Assembly: GCA_903858165.1 (NCBI GenBank)
Contig: CAIOHZ010000223.1
Coordinates: 25,184-89,183 of the forward strand
Source of the DNA: an uncultured Pseudomonadota bacterium
Lineage (GTDB): Bacteria; Pseudomonadota; Gammaproteobacteria; Steroidobacterales; Steroidobacteraceae
DNA: 64,000 nt
Direction: 5' to 3'
The position numbers were made by a program, and so were the translations under genes. Positions 9,634 to 21,159 of this stretch are shown piece by piece; position 1 is the stretch's first letter; each line of letters opens with the position of its first letter. The notes beneath the pieces are model-generated. The model was not told the DNA's origin and did not search any database. It was given only the letters and a program-made list of their open reading frames with translations.

Positions 9634-12600
9634 GCTTCCAACTCCCGATGCAGGTCCTGCAGGCGATTGACCGCCACCTCATCCAGATGATCGAGCGCAT
9701 CGCAGGTAGCCAGCGCGCCCGGCAGGGTGGTGTAGTAAGTCACACGACGGGCAACGGCCTCGCGGCGGATGGAACGCGATTCGCGTACCGCCTGCTTGCC
9801 TTCCGTCGTATTCACGATGAGCTGGATCTCGTCGTTCATGATCATGTCGACGCAGTGCGGCCGGCCCTCGCGGACTTTGTTCACTCGCCGGCAGACAAGG
9901 CCAGCAGCTTCGAGCACGTCGGCGGTACCGTGGGTCGCAACAATCTCGAAGTCGTGGGCTATCAAGCGCCGCGCCAGCTCGACGGCAGCGGTTTTGTCGC
10001 GGTCACGCAGCGACAGAAAGGCCCGGCCACTACGCGGCAGTGTCACATTCGAGCCGGACTGTGCTTTGGCGTAAGCCTCACCAAAGCTGCGACCCGTGCC
10101 CATCACCTCGCCCGTGGACTTCATCTCGGGCCCAAGGATGGGGTCCGCATCCGGAAATTTGTTGAACGGAAATACCGCTTCCTTCACGGAGAAAAATGGC
10201 GGGATGCGTTCATTCAGACTGCCCTGCTCGGCCAGCGTTCGACCCGTCATGACTCGTGCCGCCACTTTGGCGAGCGGCCGACCGATGGCCTTGGAGACGA
10301 ACGGCACCGTGCGGGAAGCACGCGGGTTCACCTCAAGTACGTACACCACGCCATTTTGGATGGCGAACTGCACATTCATGAGCCCAACCACCTTGAGTGC
10401 CAGCGCCATTTTTCGAGTCTGGTCACGCAGTTCGTCTTGCACTGCCGCCGACAGCGAATACGGGGGCAGCGAGCAACTCGAGTCACCCGAGTGAACTCCG
10501 GCCTGCTCGATATGTTCCATGATGCCGCCGATGAGCACGTCCTTGCCGTCGCAGATAGCATCGACGTCGACCTCGATGGCCAAGTCCAGGAAGCGATCTA
10601 GCAGCACGGGGTTGTCGTTGGACACCTTCATCGCTTCGGTCATGTACACGCGCAGATCATCTTCGTTGAAGACGACTTCCATGGCACGCCCGCCCAGCAC
10701 ATAGCTGGGACGAACGACCAGCGGGTAACCGACTTCACGCGCCAGACGTACGGCAGATTCTTCATCGCGCGCCGTGGCATTGGCCGGCTGCTTCAGCCCC
10801 AGTTCTTGAATGAGCACCTGAAAGCGCTCACGGTCTTCGGCCACGTCGATCGCGTCCGGCGAGGTGCCGATGATAGGCGCACCAGCGGCGGCTAGCGCGC
10901 GCGATAGCTTCAGCGGAGTCTGACCGCCGTATTGGACGATAACGCCAACCGGCTTTTCCTTGGTGATGATTTCCATCACGTCTTCGAATGTCAGCGGCTC
11001 AAAGTACAAGCGGTCAGAGGTGTCGTAGTCCGTGGATACAGTCTCCGGATTACAGTTCACCATGATGGTCTCGTAGCCGTCCTCGCGCAGTGCGAGGGCG
11101 GCATGGACGCAGCAGTAGTCGAACTCGATACCCTGCCCGATTCGATTCGGACCACCACCGAGGATCATGATTTTCTTGCGGTCAGACGGCGCCGCCTCGC
11201 ACTCCTCTTCGTAGGTGGAGTAGAGATACGCGGTCGATGTAGCGAACTCGGCAGCACAGGTGTCGACGCGCTTGTAGACCGGATGCAAACCGAAAGCGAT
11301 ACGTCGATCGCGCAGGGCGGACTCGGGAATTCCGAGCAGTTTCGCCAAGCGCGAGTCGGCAAAGCCCTTGCGCTTCAGGGCGCGCAGGCGAACGACATCG
11401 AGCGCCGCCAGCCCGCCGGCGACCACGGCTGCTTCCTCAACCATGAGATCCTCGATTTGCGCAAGGAACCAAGGGTCGATGGCAGTAGCAGCAAATACCT
11501 GTGCTCGCGTCCAGCCGTCACGGAAAGCGTCGGCCACATAGAGCAAGCGGTCCGGGCCGGCATGCCGCAGTTCGTAGTCCAGCTTCTCGCGCTGGTCCAC
11601 CGTGAGTGCCTGACGCCCAGCGTTGGGGAAGCGCTCCGTGAAACCATCTAGACCCGTCTCGAGACTCCGCAGCGCCTTGTGCAGGCTCTCCTGAAGGGTA
11701 CGGCCGATAGCCATGGCCTCGCCCACCGACTTCATCTGCGTCGTCAAGCGAATATTGGCACCAGGGAACTTCTCGAACGTGAAACGCGGCACCTTAGTGA
11801 CGACGTAGTCGATGGCAGGCTCAAAGGAGGCTGGCGTTGCGCCGCCCGTGATTTCGTTGCGCAGTTCGTCGAGCGTATAGCCCACGGCCAGCTTGGCCGC
11901 CACCTTCGCAATAGGGAAACCCGTAGCCTTAGAAGCCAGCGCCGATGAGCGCGATACTCGCGGGTTCATCTCGATGACGATCATCTCGCCATTAGCCGGG
12001 TTGATGGCGAACTGCACGTTCGAACCACCAGTATCGACACCAATCTTGCGCAGCACCGCGAGACTCGCGTCGCGCATGCGCTGGTATTCCTTGTCCGTCA
12101 GCGTCTGTGCTGGCGCCACCGTAATGGAGTCGCCAGTGTGCACGCCCATCGGATCAATATTCTCGATGGAGCAAATGATGATGCAGTTGTCCGCACGGTC
12201 GCGGACCACTTCCATCTCGTACTCCTTCCATCCCAGCACGCTCTGCTCAAGCAGCACTTCGCTGGTGGGCGAAGCAGCCAGGCCGCGCCCGACAATAGCC
12301 TCGAATTCCTGCCGATTGTAGGCAATACCACCGCCCGACCCGCCCATGGTGAACGACGGGCGAATGACCGTCGGGTAGCCGATGTCGGGCTGAGCGGCGA
12401 TGGCCTCTTCCATGGTGTGTGCCGCGCGCGCCAGCGGCGTAGCCAAGCCGATGTCGGTCATCGCCTGTTTGAACAGTGCGCGATCCTCGGCCATGTCGAT
12501 GGCCTCGCGAGAGGCACCGATGAGTTCGCAACCGAACTTCTCGAGCACGCCTTCACGCACCAAGTCGAGCGCGCAGTTCAGCGCGGTCTGGCCGCCCATC

Positions 12601-12866
12601 GTCGGCAGTAACGCATCGGGCCGCTCTTTTTCGATGATGCTGGCGACCGTACGCCAGTTCACCGGTTCAATGTAGATGGCGTCGGCGCTCTCCGGGTCCG
12701 TCATGATGGTGGCGGGGTTGGAGTTGACGAGGATGACCCGGAAACCTTCCTCGCGCAGCGCCTTGCACGCCTGGGCGCCGGAGTAGTCGAACTCGCAGGC
12801 CTGCCCGATGACGATAGGGCCTGCGCCGATGATGAGAATGCTGTGGATGTCGTTACGTTTTGGCAT
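9630..12866 (-). CDS. carB: carbamoyl-phosphate synthase large subunit
   Basis: 1078 aa with duplicated ATP-grasp halves ([21 protein letters not shown] / [21 protein letters not shown]) and a C-terminal MGS-like domain. Confidence 0.97.
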   Translation of the reverse strand: MPKRNDIHSILIIGAGPIVIGQACEFDYSGAQACKALREEGFRVILVNSNPATIMTDPESADAIYIEPVNWRTVASIIEKERPDALLPTMGGQTALNCALDLVREGVLEKFGCELIGASREAIDMAEDRALFKQAMTDIGLATPLARAAHTMEEAIAAQPDIGYPTVIRPSFTMGGSGGGIAYNRQEFEAIVGRGLAASPTSEVLLEQSVLGWKEYEMEVVRDRADNCIIICSIENIDPMGVHTGDSITVAPAQTLTDKEYQRMRDASLAVLRKIGVDTGGSNVQFAINPANGEMIVIEMNPRVSRSSALASKATGFPIAKVAAKLAVGYTLDELRNEITGGATPASFEPAIDYVVTKVPRFTFEKFPGANIRLTTQMKSVGEAMAIGRTLQESLHKALRSLETGLDGFTERFPNAGRQALTVDQREKLDYELRHAGPDRLLYVADAFRDGWTRAQVFAATAIDPWFLAQIEDLMVEEAAVVAGGLAALDVVRLRALKRKGFADSRLAKLLGIPESALRDRRIAFGLHPVYKRVDTCAAEFATSTAYLYSTYEEECEAAPSDRKKIMILGGGPNRIGQGIEFDYCCVHAALALREDGYETIMVNCNPETVSTDYDTSDRLYFEPLTFEDVMEIITKEKPVGVIVQYGGQTPLKLSRALAAAGAPIIGTSPDAIDVAEDRERFQVLIQELGLKQPANATARDEESAVRLAREVGYPLVVRPSYVLGGRAMEVVFNEDDLRVYMTEAMKVSNDNPVLLDRFLDLAIEVDVDAICDGKDVLIGGIMEHIEQAGVHSGDSSCSLPPYSLSAAVQDELRDQTRKMALALKVVGLMNVQFAIQNGVVYVLEVNPRASRTVPFVSKAIGRPLAKVAARVMTGRTLAEQGSLNERIPPFFSVKEAVFPFNKFPDADPILGPEMKSTGEVMGTGRSFGEAYAKAQSGSNVTLPRSGRAFLSLRDRDKTAAVELARRLIAHDFEIVATHGTADVLEAAGLVCRRVNKVREGRPHCVDMIMNDEIQLIVNTTEGKQAVRESRSIRREAVARRVTYYTTLPGALATCDALDHLDEVAVNRLQDLHRELEA

Positions 12867-12869
12867 GGC

Positions 12870-14057
12870 TCAGCCCTCACCCGCCGGACGCGCCGGCGTA
12901 CGCCCGCGACGTTCCAGGCGGCGCTGCATCAATTCAAGGAAATGGTTAAAGAGTGGCCGCACATCGCGCGGCCCGGGAGCGGCTTCCGGGTGGCCTTGGA
13001 AACTGAACGCCGGGCGATCAGTGAGTTCGATGCCCTGCAAGGAACCATCGAACAGTGACCGGTGCGTGGCGCGAACATTGGCAGGTAAAGTGGCGTCGTC
13101 CACAGCGAAACCGTGGTTCTGGCTGGTGATGAGCACCTGGCCAGTACGCAAATCTTGCACGGGGTGGTTCGCCCCATGGTGGCCGAACTTCATCTTCAGC
13201 GTCTTCGCGCCCGTGGCCAGGCCCAGCAATTGGTGCCCAAGGCAGATGCCGAACACCGGGATGTCGGTCATGAGGAAGTCGCGGATGGCATTGATAGCGT
13301 AGGTGCAGGGCTCCGGGTCGCCGGGACCATTCGAGAGGAAGATGCCGTCCGGCTGCATGGCTAGCACTTCCGCTGCCGGCGTCTGCGCCGGCACCACCGT
13401 GATACGGATGTTGAGGTCCGCGAGATAGCGCAGAATATTTCGCTTGATACCAAAGTCGTAGGCGACGACATGCAGGCGCTCGCTGGTCCTTAGCGACGGG
13501 TGCAAGGGAGCCGAAGTGGTCTCGTCGTGCCACACGCTGCCCTCATTCCACGCATACGGCTCGCGCGTGGAAACGACTTTCGCGAGGTCCATGCCCTTCA
13601 AGCCTGGAAACAAGCGCGCCGCGCGCACCGCGGCTGCTTCGTCCACATTTTCTCCGGTCATGATGCAACCGGCCTGAGCACCCTTTTCGCGCAGTAGACG
13701 AGTGAGGCGACGGGTATCGATGTCGGCGATAGCGACTATCTTGCCGCGTTCGAGAAAGCTCTGGAGGGACTCTGCGGCGCGCCAGCTGCTGTGCAACAGG
13801 GGCAGGTCGCGGATGATGAGACCAGCGGCATGAATAGCGCTGGATTCCATGTCCTCAGTATTGGCACCGGTGTTACCAATGTGGGGATAGGTAAGGGTTA
13901 CCATCTGCCGGGAGTAAGAAGGGTCCGTGAGGACTTCCTGATAACCGGTCATGGCGGTGTTGAATACCACCTCGCCCGTGGTATTTCCTCTAGACCCGAC
14001 CGAAACGCCTCGGAAGATCGCACCGTCTTCCAAGGCCAACACTGCAGGTATCGTCAC
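12870..14057 (-). CDS. carA: carbamoyl-phosphate synthase small (glutaminase) subunit
   Basis: [14 protein letters not shown]-terminus and catalytic [12 protein letters not shown] 14057 is preceded by GGAG-N5. The longest ORF reaches 14117. Confidence 0.92.
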   Translation of the reverse strand: MTIPAVLALEDGAIFRGVSVGSRGNTTGEVVFNTAMTGYQEVLTDPSYSRQMVTLTYPHIGNTGANTEDMESSAIHAAGLIIRDLPLLHSSWRAAESLQSFLERGKIVAIADIDTRRLTRLLREKGAQAGCIMTGENVDEAAAVRAARLFPGLKGMDLAKVVSTREPYAWNEGSVWHDETTSAPLHPSLRTSERLHVVAYDFGIKRNILRYLADLNIRITVVPAQTPAAEVLAMQPDGIFLSNGPGDPEPCTYAINAIRDFLMTDIPVFGICLGHQLLGLATGAKTLKMKFGHHGANHPVQDLRTGQVLITSQNHGFAVDDATLPANVRATHRSLFDGSLQGIELTDRPAFSFQGHPEAAPGPRDVRPLFNHFLELMQRRLERRGRTPARPAGEG

Positions 14058-14194
14058 GGGCGCTCCAACCGTCAAGGGGCGGTACGCACGGCGCTCAGCG
14101 TCGGACGCGGCGCGCATACGAAAAGCGGGTGGAACCGTAAGGCCCCGCCCGCTATACCACCGAAGAACTGAACTCTTGCGATTAGGGAAACAGT

Positions 14195-15040
14195 TTACCG
14201 CCCCAGACCCAGAACGTCACGCATTGAATACAACCCGGGGCCTCTTTCGGCAGCCAGCCATTGGGCGGCGCGCAAAGCCCCCCGGGCGAAAGTGAGGCGA
14301 TCGGTGGCCCGGTGGCCCAGTTCCAGCCGTTCACCGGTGCCGCAGAAGAGCACCGTATGCTCGCCGACGATGTCCCCGGCACGGACTGTGGCAAAGCCAA
14401 TGGCCCCGGGTGGGCGGGCCCCGGTCTGGCCTTCGCGGACATACACGGCGCTAGCAGCGAGGCTGCTTCCCCGGGCATTGGCCGCCACCTGCCCTAGCCG
14501 GACGGCAGTGCCCGAAGGCGCGTCCAACTTGTGCTTGTGGTGGGCCTCGAAAATCTCGATGTCGTAGTCTGCCGGCAAGGCGGCGGCGGCCTGCGCCACC
14601 AACTCGAGGAGCAGGTTCACGCCCAGACTCATGTTCGGGGCGTGGAGTACCGGAATACGGACTGCCGCCGTCGCCATGGCGTTTTCCGCCGGAAGATCCA
14701 GACCCGTCGTGCCCACCACCACCGGCACCCCGACCGCAACGCAGGCGGCCAGGTTGGCGTGCAGCGCCGCGGGCAGCGTGAAATCGATAGCCACGGCGGC
14801 CCCGGCCAGGGCCTGTGCACGGTCGGCCGTAATAGCAATACCCGTCACCGGCGCTTGGGAAGGAGCGCCGGCGTCTTGGCCGAGAAAGGGGCTGCCACTG
14901 GATGCCAGCGCACCACTCAGGCGCAGGCCCAGTGCTTGGGCAGCGGGCTCCTGCAAGGCGCGAACCAATGCCTGACCCATACGGCCGCTGATGCCGAGAA
15001 CGGCAATACCGCCGCCAGCAACGCCCTGACGGCTGTTCAC
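14195..15040 (-). CDS. dapB: 4-hydroxy-tetrahydrodipicolinate reductase
   Basis: GISGRMG nucleotide loop, [15 protein letters not shown] signature. The exact start is uncertain. Confidence 0.9.
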   Translation of the reverse strand: MNSRQGVAGGGIAVLGISGRMGQALVRALQEPAAQALGLRLSGALASSGSPFLGQDAGAPSQAPVTGIAITADRAQALAGAAVAIDFTLPAALHANLAACVAVGVPVVVGTTGLDLPAENAMATAAVRIPVLHAPNMSLGVNLLLELVAQAAAALPADYDIEIFEAHHKHKLDAPSGTAVRLGQVAANARGSSLAASAVYVREGQTGARPPGAIGFATVRAGDIVGEHTVLFCGTGERLELGHRATDRLTFARGALRAAQWLAAERGPGLYSMRDVLGLGR

Positions 15041-16203
15041 TTGCCCTTCCCCTCGGCGTCGAACAAATTGCGCTCGAAGAACTTCTTCACGCCGCTCAGC
15101 CAGCTTTCCTCACGGGGCGCATGGCTTCCGCCGGAACCGCGCAGGCTGTCATCAAACTTGCGCAGCAGGTCCTTCTGCTCGCTGGTGAGCTTGACTGGTG
15201 TTTCCACCACCACGGTGCAGTGCAGGTCACCCTGCGGCCCACCGCGGACCGGAGAGACGCCTTTGCCGCGCAGACGGAAGACCTTGCCGGACTGGGTTTC
15301 TGCCGGAATGGAGATATTTGCCTGCCCGTCCAACGTGGGTACTTCAATCTTGCCGCCCAATGCCGCCGTAGCGAACGGAATGGGAACTTCGCAGAAAAGG
15401 TGAGCCTCTTCGCGAGTGAAGATGGGGTGGTCGCGAACGACGATGTCCACGTAGAGGTCGCCGGCGGGGCCGCCATTGCGCCCAGAACCGCCCTTACCGG
15501 ACTCGCGTAGACGGTCGCCGGTATCGACACCCGCTGGAATGCGTACCTGCAGCGTCTTGGAGAGGTTGCGACGACCTTGCCCATAGCAGTTGTCACAAGG
15601 CTGCTTGATGATGCTGCCGCGGCCACGGCACTGTGGGCAGGGTTGCTGCACCACGAACGGGCCCTGGCGCATGCGCACCTGCCCCTGACCAGCACAACTT
15701 TCGCACTGCACCGGCTTGTGGCCCTTGGCCGCGCCCGTACCGCTACAGATTTCGCATTCGCAGGGAACTTCGATGCTGAACTCGGCGGTATGACCGAACA
15801 CTGCTTGCTCAAGGTCGAGGACCAACTCGTAGCGGAGGTCTTCGCCGCGGTAAACCTGACGCCCGCCGCCGCCGCCACCACGACGAGCACCACCGAAGAT
15901 GTCGCCAAAAACTTCACCGAACAGGTCGCCGAAGGCATCGGCGCCACCACCGCCAAAACCGCCGCCGCCACGCGACTGGTCCAACCCGGCATGACCATGA
16001 CGATCGTAGATGGCCCGCTTTTGGGTATCGGACAGGACCTCGTAAGCTTCCTTGGCTTCCTTAAAGGTCTCCTCGGCTTCTTTGTTGTCCGGGTTGCGGT
16101 CAGGATGGTGCTTCTGAGCCAGCCGACGATAGGCCTTCTTGAGGTCAACCTCCGGCGCATTCTTCGCAACACCTAGAACTTCGTAATAGTCGCGCTTCGA
16201 CAT
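15037..16203 (-). CDS. dnaJ: molecular chaperone DnaJ
   Basis: J-domain with HPD (KHHPDRNP), G/F-rich linker, and four CxxCxGxG zinc-finger repeats. Confidence 0.97.
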   Translation of the reverse strand: MSKRDYYEVLGVAKNAPEVDLKKAYRRLAQKHHPDRNPDNKEAEETFKEAKEAYEVLSDTQKRAIYDRHGHAGLDQSRGGGGFGGGGADAFGDLFGEVFGDIFGGARRGGGGGGRQVYRGEDLRYELVLDLEQAVFGHTAEFSIEVPCECEICSGTGAAKGHKPVQCESCAGQGQVRMRQGPFVVQQPCPQCRGRGSIIKQPCDNCYGQGRRNLSKTLQVRIPAGVDTGDRLRESGKGGSGRNGGPAGDLYVDIVVRDHPIFTREEAHLFCEVPIPFATAALGGKIEVPTLDGQANISIPAETQSGKVFRLRGKGVSPVRGGPQGDLHCTVVVETPVKLTSEQKDLLRKFDDSLRGSGGSHAPREESWLSGVKKFFERNLFDAEGKGK

Positions 16204-16369
16204 GCCCTTCCCCGCCTGTCACCTTGAACGTGACGAGGCCGGAAGCGGTTACCCGCCCCCGGCCCATGACCTAGCCTACTGGCCCGAGTCCCGCAAACCG
16301 CCTGTTATTTCAGGCTGTTATTGCGAGCTTGTATCCCGAGCCCGAATTCCCGAACGCAGGATCGTGCGC

Positions 16370-18292
16370 TCAGTCCTTCTTCTTTACTTCCTCGAACTCG
16401 GCGTCGAGGACATCGTCCTGACCCGCAGCGCTAGCCGCAGCACCTTCAGCGCCCGGGGCACCTTCGGCAGCACCCGGCTGAGCGTACTGCATCAGACCGG
16501 CAGCCGCCTGCGCCAAAGCTTCCGCCTTGGTCTTGATGGGTTCGATCTCGTCCTTGCCCATGGCGTCCTTAACGTCGCCCATGGCAGCTTCGACCTTGCC
16601 GCGGTCAGCCGCAGGCACCTTCTCGCCGAGATCCTTCAACGTGGACTGCACCTGGTGCACCAGAGCGTCCGCCTTGTTGCGCTCTTCCACCAGCGCGCGG
16701 AAGCGCTTGTCTTCCTCGGCGTGGGCTTCGGCGTCACGCACCATGCGTTGAATCTCTTCGTCCGACAGACCGGAAGACGCCTTGATGACGATCTTCTGCT
16801 CCTTGCCAGTGCCCTTGTCCTTCGCCGACACGTTCAGGATGCCGTTGGCGTCAATGTCGAAGGCGACCTCGATTTGCGGCATGCCGCGCGGGGCCGGCGG
16901 AATGTCTTGGAGGTCAAAGCGGCCGAGCAGCTTGTTATCGGCAGCGCGTTCACGCTCGCCCTGCAGCACCTGAATGGTGACCGCCGGCTGGTTGTCGTCC
17001 GCCGTAGAGAAAACCTGCTGCGCCTTGGTGGGGATGGTGGTGTTCTTCTCGATGAGCTTCGTCATGACGCCACCCAGGGTTTCAATACCCAGCGACAGCG
17101 GTGTGACGTCGAGCAGCAGCACGTCCTTGACTTCACCGGCCAGTACACCGCCCTGCACCGCAGCGCCTACCGCCACAGCTTCGTCAGGGTTCACGTCCTT
17201 ACGCGGCTCCTTGCCGAAGAAGTCCTTCACGCGGGCCTGCACCAAAGGCATGCGCGTCTGGCCACCCACGAGGATGACCTCGGCGACGTCATTGGTGGAG
17301 ATGCCAGCGTCCTTGAGCGCAATACGGCAGGGTTCAATCGTGCGAGCCACGAGTTCTTCCACCAGACTTTCCAGCTTGGCACGCGTGACCTTGATGGCCA
17401 GATGCTTCGGGCCGGAAGCATCCGCCGTGATGTACGGCAGATTGATTTCCGTCTGCTGCGCCGAGGAAAGCTCAATCTTCGCCTTCTCACCGGCTTCCTT
17501 CAGGCGTTGCATGGCCAGTGGGTCCTTCCGGACATCCACGCCGGATTCCTTCTTGAACTCTTCGGCGATGAAGTCGGTGACGCACTGGTCGAAGTCTTCA
17601 CCACCCAGAAAGGTGTCGCCGTTGGTGGAGAGCACTTCGAACTGGCGCTCACCATCCACTTCAGCGATTTCGATGATGGACACGTCAAAGGTGCCGCCGC
17701 CGAGGTCGTACACAGCAATCTTGCGGTCGCCGCCGGACTTGTCGAGGCCATAAGCCAGCGCGGCCGCGGTCGGCTCGTTGATGATGCGCTTCACCTCAAG
17801 ACCGGCGATGCGACCGGCGTCCTTAGTGGCCTGACGCTGCGAGTCGTTGAAGTAAGCCGGCACCGTGATGACGGCTTCAGTGACCGTCTCGCCAAGGAAG
17901 TCTTCGGCGGTCTTCTTCATCTTCATGAGAATACGGGCGGCCACCTCGGGCGGCGCCATGGCCTTGCCCTGTGCTTCTACCCAGGCATCACCGTTCGCGT
18001 TCTCGACGATTTTGAACGGCGAGTGCTGCAGGGACTTCGCCACTTCCTTGTCCTTGAAGCGGCGGCCAATGAGGCGCTTGACCGCGTACAGGGTGTTCTG
18101 GGGGTTGGTGACGGCCTGACGCTTGGCGGACTGACCCACCAGCACTTCATCATCTTTGGTGAAAGCGACGATGGACGGCGTGGTGCGGTCGCCCTCGCTG
18201 TTCTCGATGACGCGCGGCTTGCCGCCTTCCATGATTGCCACACACGAATTCGTGGTGCCGAGGTCGATACCGATAACCTTGCCCATGCTCAT
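16370..18292 (-). CDS. dnaK: molecular chaperone DnaK (Hsp70)
   Basis: 640 aa with [20 protein letters not shown] and [11 protein letters not shown] motifs. Confidence 0.98.
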   Translation of the reverse strand: MSMGKVIGIDLGTTNSCVAIMEGGKPRVIENSEGDRTTPSIVAFTKDDEVLVGQSAKRQAVTNPQNTLYAVKRLIGRRFKDKEVAKSLQHSPFKIVENANGDAWVEAQGKAMAPPEVAARILMKMKKTAEDFLGETVTEAVITVPAYFNDSQRQATKDAGRIAGLEVKRIINEPTAAALAYGLDKSGGDRKIAVYDLGGGTFDVSIIEIAEVDGERQFEVLSTNGDTFLGGEDFDQCVTDFIAEEFKKESGVDVRKDPLAMQRLKEAGEKAKIELSSAQQTEINLPYITADASGPKHLAIKVTRAKLESLVEELVARTIEPCRIALKDAGISTNDVAEVILVGGQTRMPLVQARVKDFFGKEPRKDVNPDEAVAVGAAVQGGVLAGEVKDVLLLDVTPLSLGIETLGGVMTKLIEKNTTIPTKAQQVFSTADDNQPAVTIQVLQGERERAADNKLLGRFDLQDIPPAPRGMPQIEVAFDIDANGILNVSAKDKGTGKEQKIVIKASSGLSDEEIQRMVRDAEAHAEEDKRFRALVEERNKADALVHQVQSTLKDLGEKVPAADRGKVEAAMGDVKDAMGKDEIEPIKTKAEALAQAAAGLMQYAQPGAAEGAPGAEGAAASAAGQDDVLDAEFEEVKKKD

Positions 18293-18349
18293 TCCTCCAC
18301 AAGAAACTGATTTATTCGTTGACCGGACAATGCCGGGGATTGATTGGCG

Positions 18350-18377
18350 TTATGGGGGGCAACCCCGAAGCTTCAAG
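18350..18377 (-). promoter_or_regulatory. Candidate sigma32 (RpoH) heat-shock promoter for dnaK
   Basis: The minus strand reads CTTGAAG-N13-CCCCATAA, compared with the consensus CTTGAA-N13-17-CCCCATnT. It lies about 55 nt upstream of the dnaK start, and the -35 element overlaps the grpE stop codon. Confidence 0.6.
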
Positions 18378-18972
18378 GGGCGCGGGCGACGATGACGCGC
18401 GCAGGACGCACCAGACGACCATGCAACAACCAGCCTCGCTGCACTACCGTGATGACGGTGTCCGGCGGCACTTCGCTGGTAGGCTGGGCCACCATGGCCT
18501 CATGGTGTTCCGGATTGAACGGCTGGCCGGTGGGGTCTACCACCTGCAAACCGGCGGACTCGAACGACTTCTCCAGCAGCCGCAGGGTGGCCTGCTGGCC
18601 CTCTAGCAGGCTCTTGGCGTCCGCGTTCTGCTGGGCACCAGCGAGCAGCAGACTATCCGCCACGGGCAGCAGGTCCTTCACGAACCGCTCGACTGCGAAG
18701 TTGCGCGCCTGCTCCACCTCGCGCGCAGTGCGGCGGCGAATATTTTCTTGCTCGGCCACGGCGCGCAGGGTCTGGTCCTGGGCGGCAGCAGCTTTTTCCT
18801 CCGCGGCCGCCAAGCGCGCTGCGAGGTCCTCGAGGCTACCCGGAAATGGGACGACGTTATCCGGCGCGACATCGCCCCCCTCGTAATAAGGGGAATCAGG
18901 CTGGACGGGGGGCAATTCGGACATGGTGCTTGGCTCCGGCTCGACAGGACGAGCCGCGGAGGATGGGGCCAC
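18373..18972 (-). CDS. grpE: nucleotide exchange factor GrpE
   Basis: C-terminal ...GQPFNPEHHEAMV...V..V.Q.GW.L.GRL.RPA.V signature. An alternative ATG start exists at 18924. Confidence 0.92.
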   Translation of the reverse strand: MAPSSAARPVEPEPSTMSELPPVQPDSPYYEGGDVAPDNVVPFPGSLEDLAARLAAAEEKAAAAQDQTLRAVAEQENIRRRTAREVEQARNFAVERFVKDLLPVADSLLLAGAQQNADAKSLLEGQQATLRLLEKSFESAGLQVVDPTGQPFNPEHHEAMVAQPTSEVPPDTVITVVQRGWLLHGRLVRPARVIVARAP

Positions 18973-19003
18973 CAGCCCCGCAATTCAAGCACGCCCGCCC
19001 GCT

Positions 19004-20110
19004 TCAGACACCGCGCAGGGCGGAACTCAGCAATTTCGCCGTAATGTCTACGATGGGAATGACCCGCTCGTAGGCCATGCGGGTGGGGCCAATGACGCCC
19101 AGCACTCCCACCACCTGGTCGTCCACGGCGTACGGCGCCGTGACCAAGCTTAGGTCGTCCAGCAGCCCATAGCCGCTTTCCTGCCCGATGAAAATCTGCA
19201 CGCCCTCGGCGTGGACGCACTGGTCCAGCAGGTGGAGCAAATCGCGCTTTTCGTTGAAAGCCTCGAACAGCCTACGCAAGCGGTCGACATTCGACAGCCC
19301 CCCGTAACCCATGAGGTTGGTCTCGCCCGCCACCAGCATGTCCACCTCGGGCATCGCTGAACGCGCCGGCTGAAACACCTGCTGCGCCATGGAAATGGCG
19401 TCCTGCATCATCTGGTTCATGGTGCTGCGGGTGTCCTGCAACTCGCGCAGCAAGGATTCACGCACGTGGTGGACTTCCCGGCCGCGGAATTGTTCATTCA
19501 ACCAGCCCGCCGCCCGCCGCAGCTCTTCGGGGCTAAAGCGTCGCTCCACCTGCAGAATGCGGTTCTGCACCTCGGTGCCGTTCACCACCAGGATAGCCAG
19601 CACGCGGTTTTCAGACAGCGGCAGGAATTCGATTTGGCTCACCGCCATGTGGGCAGGACGCGGTAGCGTTACCACGCCGGCCATATGCGTCAGGTGCGAC
19701 AGCATCTGGGAAGCGGTAACCACCAGCGATTTCGGCGCATCCAGGCCGGGCTGCAGGCGGCGCTCGAGTTCGGCAGCCTCGGGAGCGCTTTCCGCCATGG
19801 CAGCACCGCCACCGTGGCGCATCAGGGCATCCACGAAAAACCGGTAGCCCTTGTCGGTAGGTACGCGTCCCGCCGAAGTGTGGGGCGACGCCACGAAGCC
19901 TAAATCCTCGAGATCCGCCATGACATTGCGGATGGTAGCGCTGCTGATGGTGAGGCCGGATTCACGGGAAAGCGTGCGGGACCCGACGGGCTCGCCGTCG
20001 CGGATATAGCTTTCCACCAGCACCCGCAACAAGTGCGAGGACCGTTCGTTCAGCTCGTCGCCACCTTCAGTTCGCATACGCAGTTCGCATAGGGCAAGCG
20101 AGCCCTCCAC
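19004..20110 (-). CDS. hrcA: heat-inducible transcription repressor HrcA
   Basis: LNERSSHLLRVLVESYIRDGEPVGSRTL winged-helix N-terminus. The longest ORF starts at GTG 20110 and ATG 20077 is equally plausible. Confidence 0.9.
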   Translation of the reverse strand: MEGSLALCELRMRTEGGDELNERSSHLLRVLVESYIRDGEPVGSRTLSRESGLTISSATIRNVMADLEDLGFVASPHTSAGRVPTDKGYRFFVDALMRHGGGAAMAESAPEAAELERRLQPGLDAPKSLVVTASQMLSHLTHMAGVVTLPRPAHMAVSQIEFLPLSENRVLAILVVNGTEVQNRILQVERRFSPEELRRAAGWLNEQFRGREVHHVRESLLRELQDTRSTMNQMMQDAISMAQQVFQPARSAMPEVDMLVAGETNLMGYGGLSNVDRLRRLFEAFNEKRDLLHLLDQCVHAEGVQIFIGQESGYGLLDDLSLVTAPYAVDDQVVGVLGVIGPTRMAYERVIPIVDITAKLLSSALRGV

Positions 20111-20226
20111 TAGCCCGACGACTGACCGCCGTGTTTCCCATCATACCCCGCAAGAATGCGCTGTCCCGCCTGACATCGCCGCATGATATAAGTTTGCTCT
20201 AACGCGACCTGTTTCCGGTCGCGTCA

Positions 20227-21144
20227 TTGCAGGTTGCTCGCGTGTTCCAAACCGTCGCCCTGGTGGGCCGTGCCGACGACGAACGCATCACCACTTTGGT
20301 GGCGGATATCGCCAGCCATCTGCACGCCCGTGGGCGACAAGTACTGGTCGACCCGGCACTGGCTAACGGCTTGCCGGCCTACGTTAACCGCGTTCCCGAG
20401 GCGCATTTCGCCAACACGGCGGAATTGCTGCTGGCCATCGGCGGCGACGGCACCTTGCTTCATGCGGCGCGCCTGGCTTTGGCTGCCCCCGAGCCCTGCC
20501 CGGTGCTCGGCGTGAACCGTGGTCGCCTCGGCTTTCTGGCGGACATCCGCCCCGGGGAAATGGCTGAACGTTTGGACGAAGTACTCGACGGTGATTTCGA
20601 ACGTGACGAACGCCGGTTACTGGAAGCCCGACTGGAAACGCCCGGTACGGCCGCTCGCTCCATGCTCGCCCTGAACGATGTGGTGCTGCAGAACGACCAG
20701 CCCGGCCGCATGCTCGACCTCGAGTCTTCGGTGGACGGCCGCTATGTCAACACCCACGGCGGCGACGGACTCATCGTCGCCACGGCCACCGGCTCCACTG
20801 CCTATGCGCTGTCCTGTGGCGGCCCCATTCTCCAACCAGATCTCGACGTCATCGTGGTGGTCCCCATCTGCCCCCACACCCTAAGCGACCGCCCCCTGGT
20901 GCTACGACGCGAGTCTCGGGTAGAGGTGCGCTTGGTGCCTCGCGTTCGGGCGCGCGCTGTTGTCATCTGCGACGGCATCACGCTGGGCGAAATGGTTCCC
21001 GGGGGATTGCTAACCGTTGGCCCCTCTTCCGCCCGGCTAGCGCTGCTGCATCCGCCCGGCTACGACTACTTCCGCGTACTGCGTTCGAAGCTCCACTGGG
21101 GCCGCGGCGCGCACCCGGCACCCCAGGACGGCCCCGCGGACTAA
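20227..21144 (+). CDS. nadK: NAD+ kinase
   Basis: GGDGTLL and NRGRLGFL motifs. TTG 20227 is the longest ORF. GTG 20242 (VFQTVALVG) matches typical N-termini better. Confidence 0.9.
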   Translation: MQVARVFQTVALVGRADDERITTLVADIASHLHARGRQVLVDPALANGLPAYVNRVPEAHFANTAELLLAIGGDGTLLHAARLALAAPEPCPVLGVNRGRLGFLADIRPGEMAERLDEVLDGDFERDERRLLEARLETPGTAARSMLALNDVVLQNDQPGRMLDLESSVDGRYVNTHGGDGLIVATATGSTAYALSCGGPILQPDLDVIVVVPICPHTLSDRPLVLRRESRVEVRLVPRVRARAVVICDGITLGEMVPGGLLTVGPSSARLALLHPPGYDYFRVLRSKLHWGRGAHPAPQDGPAD

Positions 21145-21159
21145 CCCCCGCCAAACGCC

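Noticed and set aside
15096-16172. 358-aa same-strand alternative-frame ORF inside dnaJ.
   Set aside because: It is a frame-shifted read-through of the G/F- and Cys-rich dnaJ region with Arg/Ser/Ala low complexity and no independent signals.
16204-16369. 166-bp dnaK-dnaJ spacer with small hairpins (GTCAC-N7-GTGAC) and a CTGTTATT direct repeat, considered as a possible regulatory RNA.
   Set aside because: The stems are short and weak with no promoter or terminator signals. It is most simply an intra-operon spacer.
16202-18310. 702-aa ORF exactly antisense to dnaK. Similar long antisense ORFs lie opposite glmM (3310-4923), ftsH (5676-6647), hutU (45771-47198), carB and paaE.
   Set aside because: Stop-free antisense frames are expected in high-GC genes with strong GC3 bias. 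The translations are low-complexity and R/A/G/H-rich with no motifs, and each is fully covered by a confidently identified gene. The dnaK-antisense ORF is a well-known annotation artefact.
18973-20226. CIRCE operator for HrcA near hrcA/grpE.
   Set aside because: No sequence resembling TTAGCACTC-N9-GAGTGCTAA was seen by eye in the hrcA upstream region or the hrcA-grpE spacer.
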